Part shown: positions 55,165-64,000 of the stretch, one piece after another
Layout of the letters: every line of letters starts with the position of its first letter
Numbering within the stretch: position 1 is the first letter of the stretch
The notes under the pieces: generated by a model
What the model was told of the DNA's origin: nothing
Databases searched by the model: none
What the model saw: only the letters and a program-made list of their open reading frames with translations
DNA from: an uncultured Candidatus Saccharibacteria bacterium
GTDB lineage: Bacteria > Patescibacteriota > Minisyncoccia > UBA6257 > GWB1-50-10
Reading direction: 5' to 3'
NCBI GenBank assembly: GCA_964356375.1
Contig: CAYHGT010000001.1
Span: 9,221 to 73,220, forward strand
DNA length: 64,000 bases
Position numbers and translations under genes: made by a program

Positions 55165-57063
55165 ATGGCAAAAATTTTAGGAATTGACCTCGGAACCACA
55201 AATTCGGCGATGGCGGTTATGGAAGGCGGAGAACCCACGGTGCTTGAGAATCAGGAAGGAAATCGCACAACTCCTTCAATCGTTGCAATGAGTAAGGCGA
55301 ATGAGCGCCTCTCGGGACTTTTGGCAAAGCGCCAGGCGGTTGTGAATCCAAAAAATACCATTTTTTCGGTGAAACGTTTAATTGGGAGGAAGTGGAGCGA
55401 TGCCGAGGTCCAGCGCGACAGCAAGTGGCTTCCATACGAAATTAAGGAGTCCACATCAGGTGGTGTGGATGTGAAGATGGGTGATAGGTGGTACACACCA
55501 GAAGAAATCTCATCAATGATTTTGCAAAAACTGAAGGCGGATGCTGAGGCAAAATTGGGAGAGAAAATTGATGAGGCGGTTATTACCGTACCCGCATATT
55601 TTGACGATAGTGAGCGCCAGGCAACGAAGAATGCGGGCGAGATTGCTGGATTCAAAGTACGTCGTATTATTAACGAGCCGACCGCGGCTGCATTTGCATA
55701 CGGCATGAACAAAATGAAGAACGAAAAAATCGCCGTATACGATTTTGGCGGTGGCACGTTTGATGTTTCGGTTCTTGAAATTGGCTACGATGCGGAATCA
55801 AAAGAGCAGACAGTCGAAGTTCGCGCAACGGGAGGCGATACACATCTCGGCGGTGATGATTTTGACAAACTCATCATTGATTACCTTGTAGCAGAATATA
55901 AGAAACAGGAGGGTATTGATATCTCAAAGGATCCACTCGCAATTCAGCGTTTGAAGGAGGCGGCGGAGCGTGCAAAGCATGAACTCTCAACCTCAATGGA
56001 AACGGAAATTAATATTCCATATATTACGTCCGATGCGACGGGGCCGAAGCATTTCTTATTAAAGCTTACGCGCGCAAAACTTGAAGATTTGGTTCGTGAT
56101 TTAATTGACCGCTCAATCGCGATTGCGAAAGAGACGGTGACTGCGGTTACGCCAAAGGGCGCAGGAATGAAGATTGAAGACATTAACGAAGTGCTTCTTG
56201 TGGGTGGACAGACAAGAATGCCCGCAATTCAGGAAGCAGTTAAGAAATTATTCGGTAAAGAACCACACAAGGGAATAAACCCAGACGAAGTGGTTGCTAT
56301 TGGCGCATCAATTCAGGCGGGTATTTTGCAAGGTGATGTGAAGGACATTCTTCTGCTTGATGTGACGCCACTTTTGCTTAGTATTGAAACAATGGGTGGC
56401 GTGGCTACGCCGATGATTCAGAAAAATACCACGATGCCGACCGCGAAGACTCAGGTATTTTCAACCGCTGCGGATAATCAAACCTCTGTAGAGATTCATA
56501 TCGGTCAGGGAGAGCGTCCTATGATGGCGGACAACAAAACACTTGCGCGCTTCATTTTGGATGGCATTCCGCCCTCTCCTCGTGGCGTACCGCAGGTTGA
56601 GGTGACATTTGATATTGATGCGAACGGAATACTTAGCGTATCCGCAAAGGATAAGGCATCTGGAAAGTCACAATCTGTGAAAATTGAAGCATCTACAAGC
56701 TTGAATAAGGAAGAGATTGAGCGTTTGAAACAGGAAGCGGCCACACATGCTGTGGAAGATGAGAAGCGTCGCGCGGTTATTGAGGTAAAGAACCAGGCAG
56801 AATCAATGATTTATGTCGCAGAAAAAGGACTTCGTGATGCGGGTGAGAAAGTCCCCCCCGAATTGAAGGAAAGTATTGAGAAAAAAATCGCGACTTTGAA
56901 AGAAGCAAAAGAGAAAGACGATGCTGAGCAAATTAAAAACACGACACAAGAACTTTCAACAGAACTTCAAAAGATAGGCGAAATGATGTATAAAGAGAAT
57001 AAGAGCGGTCCCGAGACAACTGAGCCGACACCGCCATCAAGCGAGCCAAGTCCCACAAGCTAA
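55165..57063 (+). CDS. dnaK: Chaperone DnaK (Hsp70)
   Basis: [18 protein letters not shown] and the Hsp70 signature motifs. Confidence 0.97.
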   Translation: MAKILGIDLGTTNSAMAVMEGGEPTVLENQEGNRTTPSIVAMSKANERLSGLLAKRQAVVNPKNTIFSVKRLIGRKWSDAEVQRDSKWLPYEIKESTSGGVDVKMGDRWYTPEEISSMILQKLKADAEAKLGEKIDEAVITVPAYFDDSERQATKNAGEIAGFKVRRIINEPTAAAFAYGMNKMKNEKIAVYDFGGGTFDVSVLEIGYDAESKEQTVEVRATGGDTHLGGDDFDKLIIDYLVAEYKKQEGIDISKDPLAIQRLKEAAERAKHELSTSMETEINIPYITSDATGPKHFLLKLTRAKLEDLVRDLIDRSIAIAKETVTAVTPKGAGMKIEDINEVLLVGGQTRMPAIQEAVKKLFGKEPHKGINPDEVVAIGASIQAGILQGDVKDILLLDVTPLLLSIETMGGVATPMIQKNTTMPTAKTQVFSTAADNQTSVEIHIGQGERPMMADNKTLARFILDGIPPSPRGVPQVEVTFDIDANGILSVSAKDKASGKSQSVKIEASTSLNKEEIERLKQEAATHAVEDEKRRAVIEVKNQAESMIYVAEKGLRDAGEKVPPELKESIEKKIATLKEAKEKDDAEQIKNTTQELSTELQKIGEMMYKENKSGPETTEPTPPSSEPSPTS

Positions 57064-57064
57064 T

Positions 57065-58114
57065 ATGTATGTAAACGAACCATCGGTAGTAAGTCAGTCA
57101 AGGATTGAAGAGACGGATTTTAATATCGCAAAAATTATCATACTCGCCATTTTTTCAATTGGCACAAGTGTGGCAATGATGTATGAGTTTGGTGAGTTTC
57201 TATCCTCGTTTCAATACGCGTTTCTTTGGTTCGGAGTGATAACGCTTCTCATGTTCCTTGTATTGAATATATTGAACACGTTTTTTATAAAACGATTCTC
57301 AATACTCGCGGGCATTGTGTTATTGGAGGCCGGCTTACCAGTGTTGTTTTTCATGGATCGTATTAAAACGGAGGCATGGCCCATTGCAATCGGATTTACA
57401 TTGTTTTTTATTTTCATACTTTGGGGAATGCAGCGAGGGAGAAGCCATTTAGCAAATAGTGTTAAAATTAAGTTTTTCTCTATCGCCAAAACAGTAACTC
57501 CAAAATTGGTTACTGGCGTGCTTATCGGAGTGAGCGTAATCTTCTATATGAACTGTTTTTCTGTGGGAGGTGCGTGCGTTGAGGGACTTGGGCGCGAGGT
57601 TTTGAATCAAACGCTCACCGCTTCAACGCCAATTGTGAATATTTGGGTGCCAAACGTATCGGCGAACCAGACAATTAACGAATTTTTCAAGCAGTTTGCA
57701 CTTTCGGAAATGGCGCGAGTGCAGTCCGAGGGCGGTCTTACTTCTGCAATAAATCTAAAGTCCGGCATTTCGGACCTTCCAATTGAGGTGCGTGAGAAGA
57801 TTGTAAATCAATTTTCTGGAGAGATACGGAAAGCAGCTGAAGAAAAAATTGGCCCCCTGAACTCTAAGGCGAGTGTGCGCAACGAAGCATTTCGTTTAAT
57901 TTCAGAATATATTGGGAAGTTTTCCGATGTAACAAAATCATTAATATCAATTGGCCTAGCAATACTGTTTTTCTTTTCGCTTAAAGGATTTGGATTTTTA
58001 CTGTATTGGTTCATAAATTTTATCGCGTTTCTAATCTATAAATTACTTATTGCGGCAAATTTTGCTGCGGTTGATTACGAAACGCGGAATCGCGAATTCG
58101 TAATTCTGCCGTAA
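57065..58114 (+). CDS. Hypothetical polytopic membrane protein inserted between dnaK and dnaJ
   Basis: 349 aa with several TM segments at both ends and a soluble middle region; no motif. Confidence 0.5.
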   Translation: MYVNEPSVVSQSRIEETDFNIAKIIILAIFSIGTSVAMMYEFGEFLSSFQYAFLWFGVITLLMFLVLNILNTFFIKRFSILAGIVLLEAGLPVLFFMDRIKTEAWPIAIGFTLFFIFILWGMQRGRSHLANSVKIKFFSIAKTVTPKLVTGVLIGVSVIFYMNCFSVGGACVEGLGREVLNQTLTASTPIVNIWVPNVSANQTINEFFKQFALSEMARVQSEGGLTSAINLKSGISDLPIEVREKIVNQFSGEIRKAAEEKIGPLNSKASVRNEAFRLISEYIGKFSDVTKSLISIGLAILFFFSLKGFGFLLYWFINFIAFLIYKLLIAANFAAVDYETRNREFVILP

Positions 58115-58121
58115 CAAAATA

Positions 58122-59234
58122 ATGAAGGATTATTATTCAATTTTAGGAGTCGCACGTGGCGCATCCGAGGACGATATAAAAAAAGCATATCGTAAGCTTG
58201 CGCACCAATTTCATCCAGATAAGGCTGGCGGCAATGAGGCAAAATTTAAAGAGATAAATGAGGCATATCAAGTGCTTTCTAATAAAGATAAGCGCGCACA
58301 ATATGACCGTTTTGGCCATGTGGCAGATGGCGCGGATCAGGGCCCGATACCTGGTTGGGAGGGCTTTCAAGGGTTCGGCGGTCAGGGTGGACAGTGGAAT
58401 GTGAATTTTGGCGAGGATATTGGAGACCTCGGTGATATTTTTGAAACATTTTTTGGTGGCGGTGCTGGAGGTGGTAGGGCACAGAAACCCGCGTATAAAC
58501 GTGGAGCAAATATTGAAGCACACGAACGAATCTCGCTTGAGGAGGTATTTAGCGGTGTCACGCGCACGCTTAGATTTGAAACGTATGTAGCGTGTCCTCA
58601 TTGCAAGGGGTTGGGGTATGAAAAAAGCAAAGGTACATCACAATGTGCGAAGTGCAATGGTCGGGGAGAGACGCGCGAAGAACGCAGAACGGTGTTTGGT
58701 AGTTTTGTACAAGCAAAAGCGTGTGCAGATTGTCGCGGTAAGGGCGAGGTGCCAAATGAGAAGTGCCATGAGTGCAATGGTGTGGGAAGAAAAGTGAGTA
58801 CGCGCGAAGTTGATGTAGAAATCGCAAGAGGCATTGAGGACGGTCAGGTGATTAAGATCGCGGGGATGGGTGAGGCGGGAGAGCTTGCGAGTGGCACGGG
58901 CGACCTCTATGTAGTTGTGCGCGTAAAACCACATGCGCAGTTTGAACGTCGCAAGGACGACCTTACAACAGAAAAAGAAATCAAGGTGACGGACGCGCTT
59001 TTAGAAAAAGAAATTGAGATGGTGGATATTAATGGTGCGCGTTATACAATTCAGATTCCCGCGGGATTTAACTTGAATGAGTCACTTAAGATCACGGGGC
59101 GAGGTATGCCAAAGTTTGGTTTGTTTGGCGCCTACTCGCGTGGTAACTTATATGTTCGCTTGAACGCAAAACTTCCAAAATCACTCTCACACAAAGCCAA
59201 AAAACTTTTGGATGATTTGGACAAGGAGCTGTAG
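58122..59234 (+). CDS. dnaJ: Chaperone DnaJ
   Basis: J-domain with HPD, a Gly-rich linker, and four CxxCxGxG zinc-finger repeats. Confidence 0.9.
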   Translation: MKDYYSILGVARGASEDDIKKAYRKLAHQFHPDKAGGNEAKFKEINEAYQVLSNKDKRAQYDRFGHVADGADQGPIPGWEGFQGFGGQGGQWNVNFGEDIGDLGDIFETFFGGGAGGGRAQKPAYKRGANIEAHERISLEEVFSGVTRTLRFETYVACPHCKGLGYEKSKGTSQCAKCNGRGETREERRTVFGSFVQAKACADCRGKGEVPNEKCHECNGVGRKVSTREVDVEIARGIEDGQVIKIAGMGEAGELASGTGDLYVVVRVKPHAQFERRKDDLTTEKEIKVTDALLEKEIEMVDINGARYTIQIPAGFNLNESLKITGRGMPKFGLFGAYSRGNLYVRLNAKLPKSLSHKAKKLLDDLDKEL

Positions 59235-59426
59235 GGAGATGGCTCTCTTCTTGCCTTTCGGAACCAGAATATTTTTCTGTTGAAAAATTCCTGCCTACCG
59301 GCAGGCAGGTCTTCCCCCTCAGCCACCTTCGTGGCTTGTGGGATGTTCCTCAAGGCAAGAAGAGCGCCAAGCGTGGAGTGAGGGGTGAAGAGGGTGAGGC
59401 TCGCTTCAACAGAAATTTTATAATAC

Positions 59427-59455
59427 TTGCAAACGAGCGAGTGCCATCCTATACT
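59427..59455 (+). promoter_or_regulatory. Sigma-70-like promoter (TTGCAA-N17-TATACT) upstream of the small two-gene module
   Basis: Read directly; flanked by short GC hairpins. Confidence 0.4.
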
Positions 59456-59479
59456 CTGATTAGTTCCAAAGGAGATAAA

Positions 59480-59779
59480 ATGAGTTTAGAATCTCTTGAG
59501 AGGGCATTAGTTGATAAGTCCATTTCCGATGAAGAGTTTTTTGACCTTTTATGGAAATATTGTATTGACCACGATGTAGAAGTTGAGATGTCAAAGTGGG
59601 GTTATGATTCCTCAATTGATTCCCTAGATACTCGAAATCAGTTCGGGGTACGGATGGTAAGCGAGCGCCCCAATATTGTAGCGATTCATAGTAAGCACCG
59701 TTTGGAAGAGCTCTGGCATCGTTGTGGATTCAAAAACGATATTTTTCAAAAGGAGGTATGCGATGGGAAACATGTGTAG
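59480..59779 (+). CDS. Hypothetical small protein (99 aa), first gene of a toxin-antitoxin-like pair
   Basis: The SD AAAGGAG upstream of ATG 59480 defines the start inside the track ORF 59336. No motif was recognised. Confidence 0.4.
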   Translation: MSLESLERALVDKSISDEEFFDLLWKYCIDHDVEVEMSKWGYDSSIDSLDTRNQFGVRMVSERPNIVAIHSKHRLEELWHRCGFKNDIFQKEVCDGKHV

Positions 59780-59977
59780 AGTTACACTGAATCTTCCACA
59801 AGAACTTTTAGACCGAGTGAAGGCAAGGGCAAAAAAGAAGAGCTTACAGCAACGGACATGTTCCGAAGAGCGCTCGAAATGGACCTATTCCTTACAAAAG
59901 AAGAGGATGCTGGCTCCAAGCTATTACTCAAGAGATCTAATAAGAAAAAAATGGTCGAACTTATTCGACCGTGGTAA
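59763..59977 (+). pseudogene. Ribbon-helix-helix (CopG/Arc/MetJ-like) DNA-binding protein gene interrupted by a frameshift at an A6 run
   Basis: SD AAGGAGG then ATG. MGNMCRVTLNLPQELLDRVKARAKK, then an A6 run (59831-59836). The sequence continues in another frame as ELTATDMFRRALEMDLFLTKEEDAGSKLLLKRSNKKKMVELIRPW. One extra A would give an intact RHH protein of about 71 aa. Confidence 0.45.
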
Positions 59978-60003
59978 TAAGCTCAACTGAACCTGATATT
60001 CCA

Positions 60004-60028
60004 CCCCCCGCATTTGCGGGGCTTTTTA
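60004..60028 (+). terminator. Rho-independent terminator
   Basis: CCCCCGC-ATTT-GCGGGG followed by CTTTTT. Confidence 0.7.
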
Positions 60029-60072
60029 AATACCAGGAAACCCCGCAGGAACTGCGTGGAGGAGGTCATTAT

Positions 60073-60284
60073 TGACTCCATTGTAACGTCGGAGTTGACT
60101 TTCACACGGGATTCGCTATTATATACAGGCAATCCGTAGAAAGTAGGCATCCCGAAAAAGGGAATAAGCTTGCCCGTCCGTAGTTCGCCAAAGGCGAACG
60201 AAGGAGGGTCCTACCGAGGAGTAGCCCAAGTTTGGGCAAATCTTTCTGCGGCAAAGGTCGCGGTTTTTTGTAGGATAAACTGAA
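60073..60284 (+). promoter_or_regulatory. rplJ promoter module (tandem TTGACT + TATTAT) followed by a ~180-nt structured leader; candidate L10 autoregulatory leader
   Basis: TTGACT 60073-60078 and 60095-60100; a 16-nt spacer; TATTAT 60117-60122. This is the same architecture as the groES promoter. A long untranslated leader precedes rplJ, as in known L10 leaders. Confidence 0.35.
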
Positions 60285-60776
60285 ATGAAAACAAAAGCAC
60301 AAAAAGTTACACAGATAGAAGAAGGCGCAAAAGAACTGAAGACCAGTCAGACAGTGGTTATCACCGATTTTACGGGTCTTACTGCGAACGAATTAAATGC
60401 GTTCCGTAAAGAAGTGTTTATGCTTGGTGGTACTATGAGCGTTATTAAAAAGCGTCTCTTGAAATATGTGTTTGAGAAAGAGGGAATTGATTTTGATCCC
60501 AAACAATTTGAAGGCCAGACGGGTGTCGTGTTCTCACCGAAAGATATGGTGGAAACTGCGGGTACCACGTACCGATTTACAAAGCAGAGTAAGCTTTTGA
60601 AAATTCTTGGCGGATATGAAGTGGGGGAGAAGAAATTCATTGCAGCAGCGGATGTGGCTCGCATCGGACAGTTGCCATCAAAAGAAGTTCTTTTGGGTCA
60701 ATTGGTCTATATGCTTGGTTCACCGATTCGTTCGCTCCTCATTGTATTGAATGAAAAGTCGAAGAAAACTAATTAA
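60285..60776 (+). CDS. rplJ: 50S ribosomal protein L10
   Basis: 163 aa with the L10 N-terminal domain pattern; immediately upstream of rplL. Confidence 0.9.
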   Translation: MKTKAQKVTQIEEGAKELKTSQTVVITDFTGLTANELNAFRKEVFMLGGTMSVIKKRLLKYVFEKEGIDFDPKQFEGQTGVVFSPKDMVETAGTTYRFTKQSKLLKILGGYEVGEKKFIAAADVARIGQLPSKEVLLGQLVYMLGSPIRSLLIVLNEKSKKTN

Positions 60777-60783
60777 TTAAACT

Positions 60784-61149
60784 ATGGAAAAATTTAACGA
60801 TATTATCACGAAAGTTGAATCAATGTCCGTATTGGAACTCTCGGAGCTTGTAAAGGCTTTGGAGGAAAAATTCGGAGTATCAGCAGCCGCGATGGCGTCA
60901 GCAGGACCTGCGGCGGGAGGCGCAGCAGCTGAAGAGAAGACCGCGTGGGATGTAATGCTCACGAGCAGTGGCGAACAGAAAATCAACGTCATCAAGATTG
61001 TGAAAGAAGCGACGGGCCTCGGCTTGAAAGAAGCGAAGGACCTCGTGGACGGCGCACCGAAGGAGGTGAAGAAAGGATTGAAGAAAGAAGAGGCAGAAGA
61101 GTTGAAGAAGAAACTCGAAGAAGCCGGCGCAGTAGTGGAGTTGAAATAA
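60784..61149 (+). CDS. rplL: 50S ribosomal protein L7/L12
   Basis: An Ala/Gly-rich hinge; the C-terminal domain reads ...[28 protein letters not shown]... Confidence 0.92.
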   Translation: MEKFNDIITKVESMSVLELSELVKALEEKFGVSAAAMASAGPAAGGAAAEEKTAWDVMLTSSGEQKINVIKIVKEATGLGLKEAKDLVDGAPKEVKKGLKKEEAEELKKKLEEAGAVVELK

Positions 61150-61159
61150 TCCACATCAA

Positions 61160-61190
61160 AACACCCCCGCGTTGCGGGGGTGTTTTGTAT
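61160..61190 (+). terminator. Strong rho-independent terminator after rplL
   Basis: AACACCCCCGC-GTT-GCGGGGGTGTT followed by TTGTATTT. Confidence 0.8.
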
Positions 61191-61335
61191 TTCTGTTCTC
61201 GCTCGTTTTCTCCGCCACCGGATGTCGCTTTGCTCCTGCGGCAAAGCGCATCGCTACCCTCTCGGCGAAAAAATCCTTCGGATGCCAAGCTTTTTCACCT
61301 CCGAGAGTTGTCGGAAAAAACGAGCGAGAACAGAA
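61191..61335. repeat. 145-bp element bounded by 19-bp perfect terminal inverted repeats (MITE-like, or a structured small RNA) upstream of tRNA-Val
   Basis: TTCTGTTCTCGCTCGTTTT (61191-61209) and AAAACGAGCGAGAACAGAA (61317-61335). Nested internal hairpins GCTTTGC/GCAAAGC (61227-61247) and CTCTCGG/CCGAGAG (61257-61304). Confidence 0.45.
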
Positions 61336-61417
61336 ATGAATGGTGATTGGGTGAAGCCAAGCAGATAAGAAAGACACAATTGCCTTTTTGCACTCCGACT
61401 GCTATAAATATTCCTAT

Positions 61418-61494
61418 GGGCAATTAGCTCAGCTGGTTAGAGCGTTGCATTCACATTGCAAAGGTCACTGGTTCGAGTCCAGTATTGCCCACCA
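61418..61494 (+). tRNA. tRNA-Val (anticodon CAC), CCA encoded
   Basis: GGGCAAT TA GCTC AGCTGGTTA GAGC G TTGCA TTCACAT TGCAA AGGTC ACTGG TTCGAGT CCAGT ATTGCCC A CCA. All stems pair. Confidence 0.85.
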
Positions 61495-61495
61495 C

Positions 61496-61590
61496 TTCGA
61501 CTCGTAAGGCCTCGCTCAGTGCGGGCACCAGGAGTCAGCGTGCGAGGCGAAGCGCCCTGAGCGAACGACAGTGAGTCGAATGGCCACTTT
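61496..61590 (+). other. Structured ~95-nt trailer immediately 3' of tRNA-Val (long imperfect hairpin)
   Basis: TTCGACTC (61496-61503) pairs with GAGTCGAA (61580-61587). CTCGCTCAG pairs with CTGAGCGAA. Internal GGGC/GCCC pairing. Confidence 0.3.
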
Positions 61591-61628
61591 GAGATAGGTT
61601 CGGAGTCCGAGGAGCTATAATAGTTTAT

Positions 61629-62252
61629 ATGAAAAATATTATCTTTGATTGGTCTGGTGTAGTAAGGGATACTGTTACGGGTCAACTCTGGATTGTTAAC
61701 AAAATATTTGAAAAATATAATGTTAGCAAAATAGGCCTAGAGGAATTCAGAGAAAATTGGAAACAGCCACCCGCTTTTTTTTATCAAAAATATTTACCTG
61801 AAGGTTATAGCGAAGAGGAGCGAGTCAAATTTTTTTCAGGAATTCAACTAGATAAAGACTGCCCGAAATCCGCCCCATTTTCGGAAGTGGTAGAACTCAT
61901 ATGCAAATGTAAGGAAAGTGGTTATTTTCTTGCTGTCGTAAGTTCCGATTTCCCAGAGACATTACTTCCTGAGGTAAAAGAGTATGGACTGGAAAATATT
62001 TTTAATGAAATAGTTACCGATGCAGACGATAAATTAGAAGCTGTTCAAAGAATAATCGAAGAGAATGATTTAGATCCGCAAAATACATTTTTTGTCGGGG
62101 ATAGTAATCATGAGATAGATGTGGCCAAGAAAGTAGGAATCAGAAGCGTTGCAGTTACCTGGGGTTTCACTAGCGAGCAAAAATTAAGATCAAGAAATCC
62201 GGATTACGTTACTCATAATCCTCACGAACTAGAGAGTGTGATTTTTACTTAA
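61629..62252 (+). CDS. HAD-superfamily hydrolase (phosphatase-like), AT-rich gene
   Basis: Motif I IIFDWSGVV; motif IV FVGDSNHEIDVAKKVG; 207 aa. Its base composition is visibly more AT-rich than the flanking genes. Confidence 0.55.
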   Translation: MKNIIFDWSGVVRDTVTGQLWIVNKIFEKYNVSKIGLEEFRENWKQPPAFFYQKYLPEGYSEEERVKFFSGIQLDKDCPKSAPFSEVVELICKCKESGYFLAVVSSDFPETLLPEVKEYGLENIFNEIVTDADDKLEAVQRIIEENDLDPQNTFFVGDSNHEIDVAKKVGIRSVAVTWGFTSEQKLRSRNPDYVTHNPHELESVIFT

Positions 62253-62356
62253 AATAGATCATTCCGAGGAGGGTCGAAATGATAGAATAAGGGAACCTCA
62301 AAAAAGCCTTTGGTGGTCTCGCCTTTTAAATATCCGAGCCCGAACTGTCCACCAAT

Positions 62357-62392
62357 ACAAAAACAGAGCACCTTCGAGTGTTCTGTTTTTGT
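62357..62392 (+). terminator. Rho-independent terminator after the HAD hydrolase gene
   Basis: CAAAAACAGAGCAC-CTTCGA-GTGTTCTGTTTTTG. Confidence 0.75.
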
Positions 62393-62480
62393 ATCAAGGG
62401 TTCTGATTCCGTATGGGTATATGGACAACTCTCCATTCTAGGAGAAACCGACATATGTGTGTGCACATTACCCGAGATGC

Positions 62481-62649
62481 TTGACAATTTTGACGGGGTA
62501 TGCTAGCATATATTTAGCTGAAAAGGCGGGGTGGCGGCTCAGTGAGACTCTGTCTCCTTGGAACAGCACCCTTCCTGTGCAAAATCCGCTTGAGATTGGG
62601 CGCAGGAAGTATGGGCACTCCCCTGGGTTGAACACCCAGGGTTTTCTTT
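62481..62649 (+). ncRNA. Candidate small RNA transcription unit: promoter-like TTGACA-N17-TAGCAT, a ~130-nt hairpin-rich segment, and an intrinsic terminator
   Basis: TTGACA 62481-62486; TAGCAT 62504-62509; hairpins GAGAC-TCT-GTCTC and CCTGTGC..GCGCAGG; terminator CCCTGGGT-TGAACA-CCCAGGG-TTTTCTTTT (62621-62649). The overlapping track ORF 62457-62708 has no coding support. Confidence 0.3.
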
Positions 62650-62685
62650 TACACCACAAAGGTTTGAGCGGGAAGGATGAGTCGT

Positions 62686-63966
62686 TTACATCCCTCTGCC
62701 GAGCGTGACGAAGAGAAGAATTGCCGAGAGTGCCATAAGCGCAAACGTTGCCCAGACAAACGTATTGGAGAGTGCGCCACTTCTATACTCTCCCATAATC
62801 TTTTTATTGCGCGCCACAAGCGCGATTACGAAGATGAGGGGGACGGCAGCAATACCATTGAAGACGGCGGTGAAGACAAGTGCTTTCATTGGGTCAATGC
62901 CGATGAAATTAATAGCGAGACCAACAATGGTCGCGATAGTAATAATACCGTAGAAGCCATGCGCTTTTTTGAGTTTCATATTCAACCCCTCCTTGAGATT
63001 CAGTGTTTCCGAGAGTGCGTACGAAGCGGAAGCGGAAAGGACGGGAACTCCGAGAAGTCCAAGTCCAATGATGCCGGTTGAGAAAATTATTTTCGCGAGC
63101 AGTCCCGCATTCGGGAATGTATGCACCAAAGGCTCAAGCGCTTTTGCGGCATCTGCTGCGGTACGAATATCAAAGACGCCGCTTGTGTGCAGTACGGTGG
63201 CGGCAACGACGATGATGCACCACGTCGCAACTTCGGATGACAACATTCCAAAAAATGTATCCAGGCGCATGCGATGCATAAATTGCTTTGTCATGCTCGG
63301 TTTGCCGTCATGAATCATGTGTTTTTCTTTTTCTTCCTCTACTTCTTCGGATGCTTGCCAGAAAAACATATACGGCGAGATAGTAGTGCCAAACACCCCC
63401 GTAATAATAAAAAGGAATGCAAAATTAAATTCAACGTGTGGAATAAACGTTGCCTTCAGCAATTCTCCCCATGGCTGATGCACGAGGAAGACCGTGAGCG
63501 GATACGCAATTAAAGAGAGTGCAAACCACTTGAGAATTTTTGAGTACGTCCTATATGATACAAAGATTTCCAATATCAAAATAAGCGCGGCAAAGAAGAG
63601 TATGAGTACGCCGAAGGGGAGCGGGATGATAAGTTGCGCGGCCGCACCCATTGCGCCCAAGTCCGCGCCGATGTTGATGGTGTTCGCAACGACAATTAAC
63701 AAAACCATCGCGTAGAGAATCTTCTTGCTGTAATTTTCTTTAACTACCGCCGCAAGTCCTTTTCCTGTCACCGCGCCGATGCGCGCGCACGCTTCTTGTA
63801 TCGCAACCATGAACGGAAGAAGTGCCGCCGCGGTCCAGAGTTGCGCATATCCAAACTGCGCGCCCGTTTGCGAATAGGTCGCGATGCCTGAGGGATCATC
63901 ATCCGCAGCGCCGGTTATGATTCCGGGTCCTGCTTTTTTAAATAAATTTCTTGCGCCTTTAAACAT
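62686..63966 (-). CDS. mntH: NRAMP-family divalent metal (Mn2+/Fe2+) transporter
   Basis: GPGIITGAADDDPSGIATYSQ... NRAMP consensus motif 1, ~11 TM segments, 426 aa. Confidence 0.85.
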   Translation of the reverse strand: MFKGARNLFKKAGPGIITGAADDDPSGIATYSQTGAQFGYAQLWTAAALLPFMVAIQEACARIGAVTGKGLAAVVKENYSKKILYAMVLLIVVANTINIGADLGAMGAAAQLIIPLPFGVLILFFAALILILEIFVSYRTYSKILKWFALSLIAYPLTVFLVHQPWGELLKATFIPHVEFNFAFLFIITGVFGTTISPYMFFWQASEEVEEEKEKHMIHDGKPSMTKQFMHRMRLDTFFGMLSSEVATWCIIVVAATVLHTSGVFDIRTAADAAKALEPLVHTFPNAGLLAKIIFSTGIIGLGLLGVPVLSASASYALSETLNLKEGLNMKLKKAHGFYGIITIATIVGLAINFIGIDPMKALVFTAVFNGIAAVPLIFVIALVARNKKIMGEYRSGALSNTFVWATFALMALSAILLFVTLGRGM

Positions 63967-64000
63967 AAGTGATAAATATTTTCAATTATATCAGTAGTTC

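Noticed and set aside
59235-59420. Shared CCTGCCTACCG hairpins (59290 and, in revcomp, 30901) as evidence of a mobile element linking the two loci.
   Set aside because: Only an 11-nt core is shared and both occurrences are ordinary short GC hairpins. That is too little to call an element.
60945-61368. The track ORFs 60945-61346 (+), 61180-61368 (+), 60992-61288 (-) and 61156-61377 (-).
   Set aside because: They overlap rplL in other frames or the IR-bounded non-coding element. Their translations are Arg/Gly/Ser-rich low-complexity sequence.
62481-62649. A manganese (yybP-ykoY) riboswitch associated with mntH.
   Set aside because: The structured region lies at the 3' end of the minus-strand mntH, not in its 5' leader. 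The true mntH leader is beyond the window end (after 63966).
62457-62708. The 83-aa plus-strand ORF from the track.
   Set aside because: It has no SD and an odd composition. It spans a promoter-like site, hairpins and a terminator, and is better explained as a non-coding RNA candidate.

Overview
This is a gene-dense, mostly plus-strand bacterial window of about 47% GC. Its core content is conserved housekeeping genes: rpoB-rpoC; rpsF-ssb-rpsR; groES-groEL; hrcA-grpE-dnaK-(membrane ORF)-dnaJ; rplJ-rplL; tpiA, ftsW/rodA, mltG, rel, frr, rseP, proS, greA, lysS and serS; and two mreB paralogs with mreC, mreD and PBP2. The accessory content is rich in type IV pilin-like genes. By inference from gene content (many prepilin genes, a short Rel, no outer-membrane machinery), the organism is probably small-genome and monoderm-like, possibly Patescibacteria/CPR-like. 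This cannot be proven from this sequence alone.

The most notable region is 2.0-13.1 kb. It holds a type IV pilus locus: a major pilin, pilB, pilC, and three tandem pilin genes whose C-termini carry LamG/concanavalin-A-like lectin domains. Downstream sit a 146-aa ORF and a membrane-anchored TraG/VirD4/HerA-like ATPase. A heptanucleotide simple-sequence repeat lies just upstream of the major pilin. Two copies of a conserved inverted-repeat element show compensatory arm changes; one is upstream of pilC and the other spans the start of the third pilin-LamG gene.

Other features seen directly in the sequence:
- a 31-nt double-hairpin repeat family;
- a long-range hairpin that sequesters the ssb start codon;
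- a tRNA-Leu(CAA) / GIY-YIG ORF / partial-tRNA arrangement;
- a 145-bp MITE-like element bounded by 19-bp inverted repeats, next to tRNA-Val;
- a CIRCE operator at hrcA but none at groESL, which instead has a 22-bp perfect palindrome between tandem TTGACT hexamers;
- two small genes (a four-helix-bundle protein and a ribbon-helix-helix protein) interrupted by single-base homopolymer frameshifts;
- several candidate small structured RNAs.

All protein-family calls rest on my reading of motifs in the supplied translations; no database search was run.
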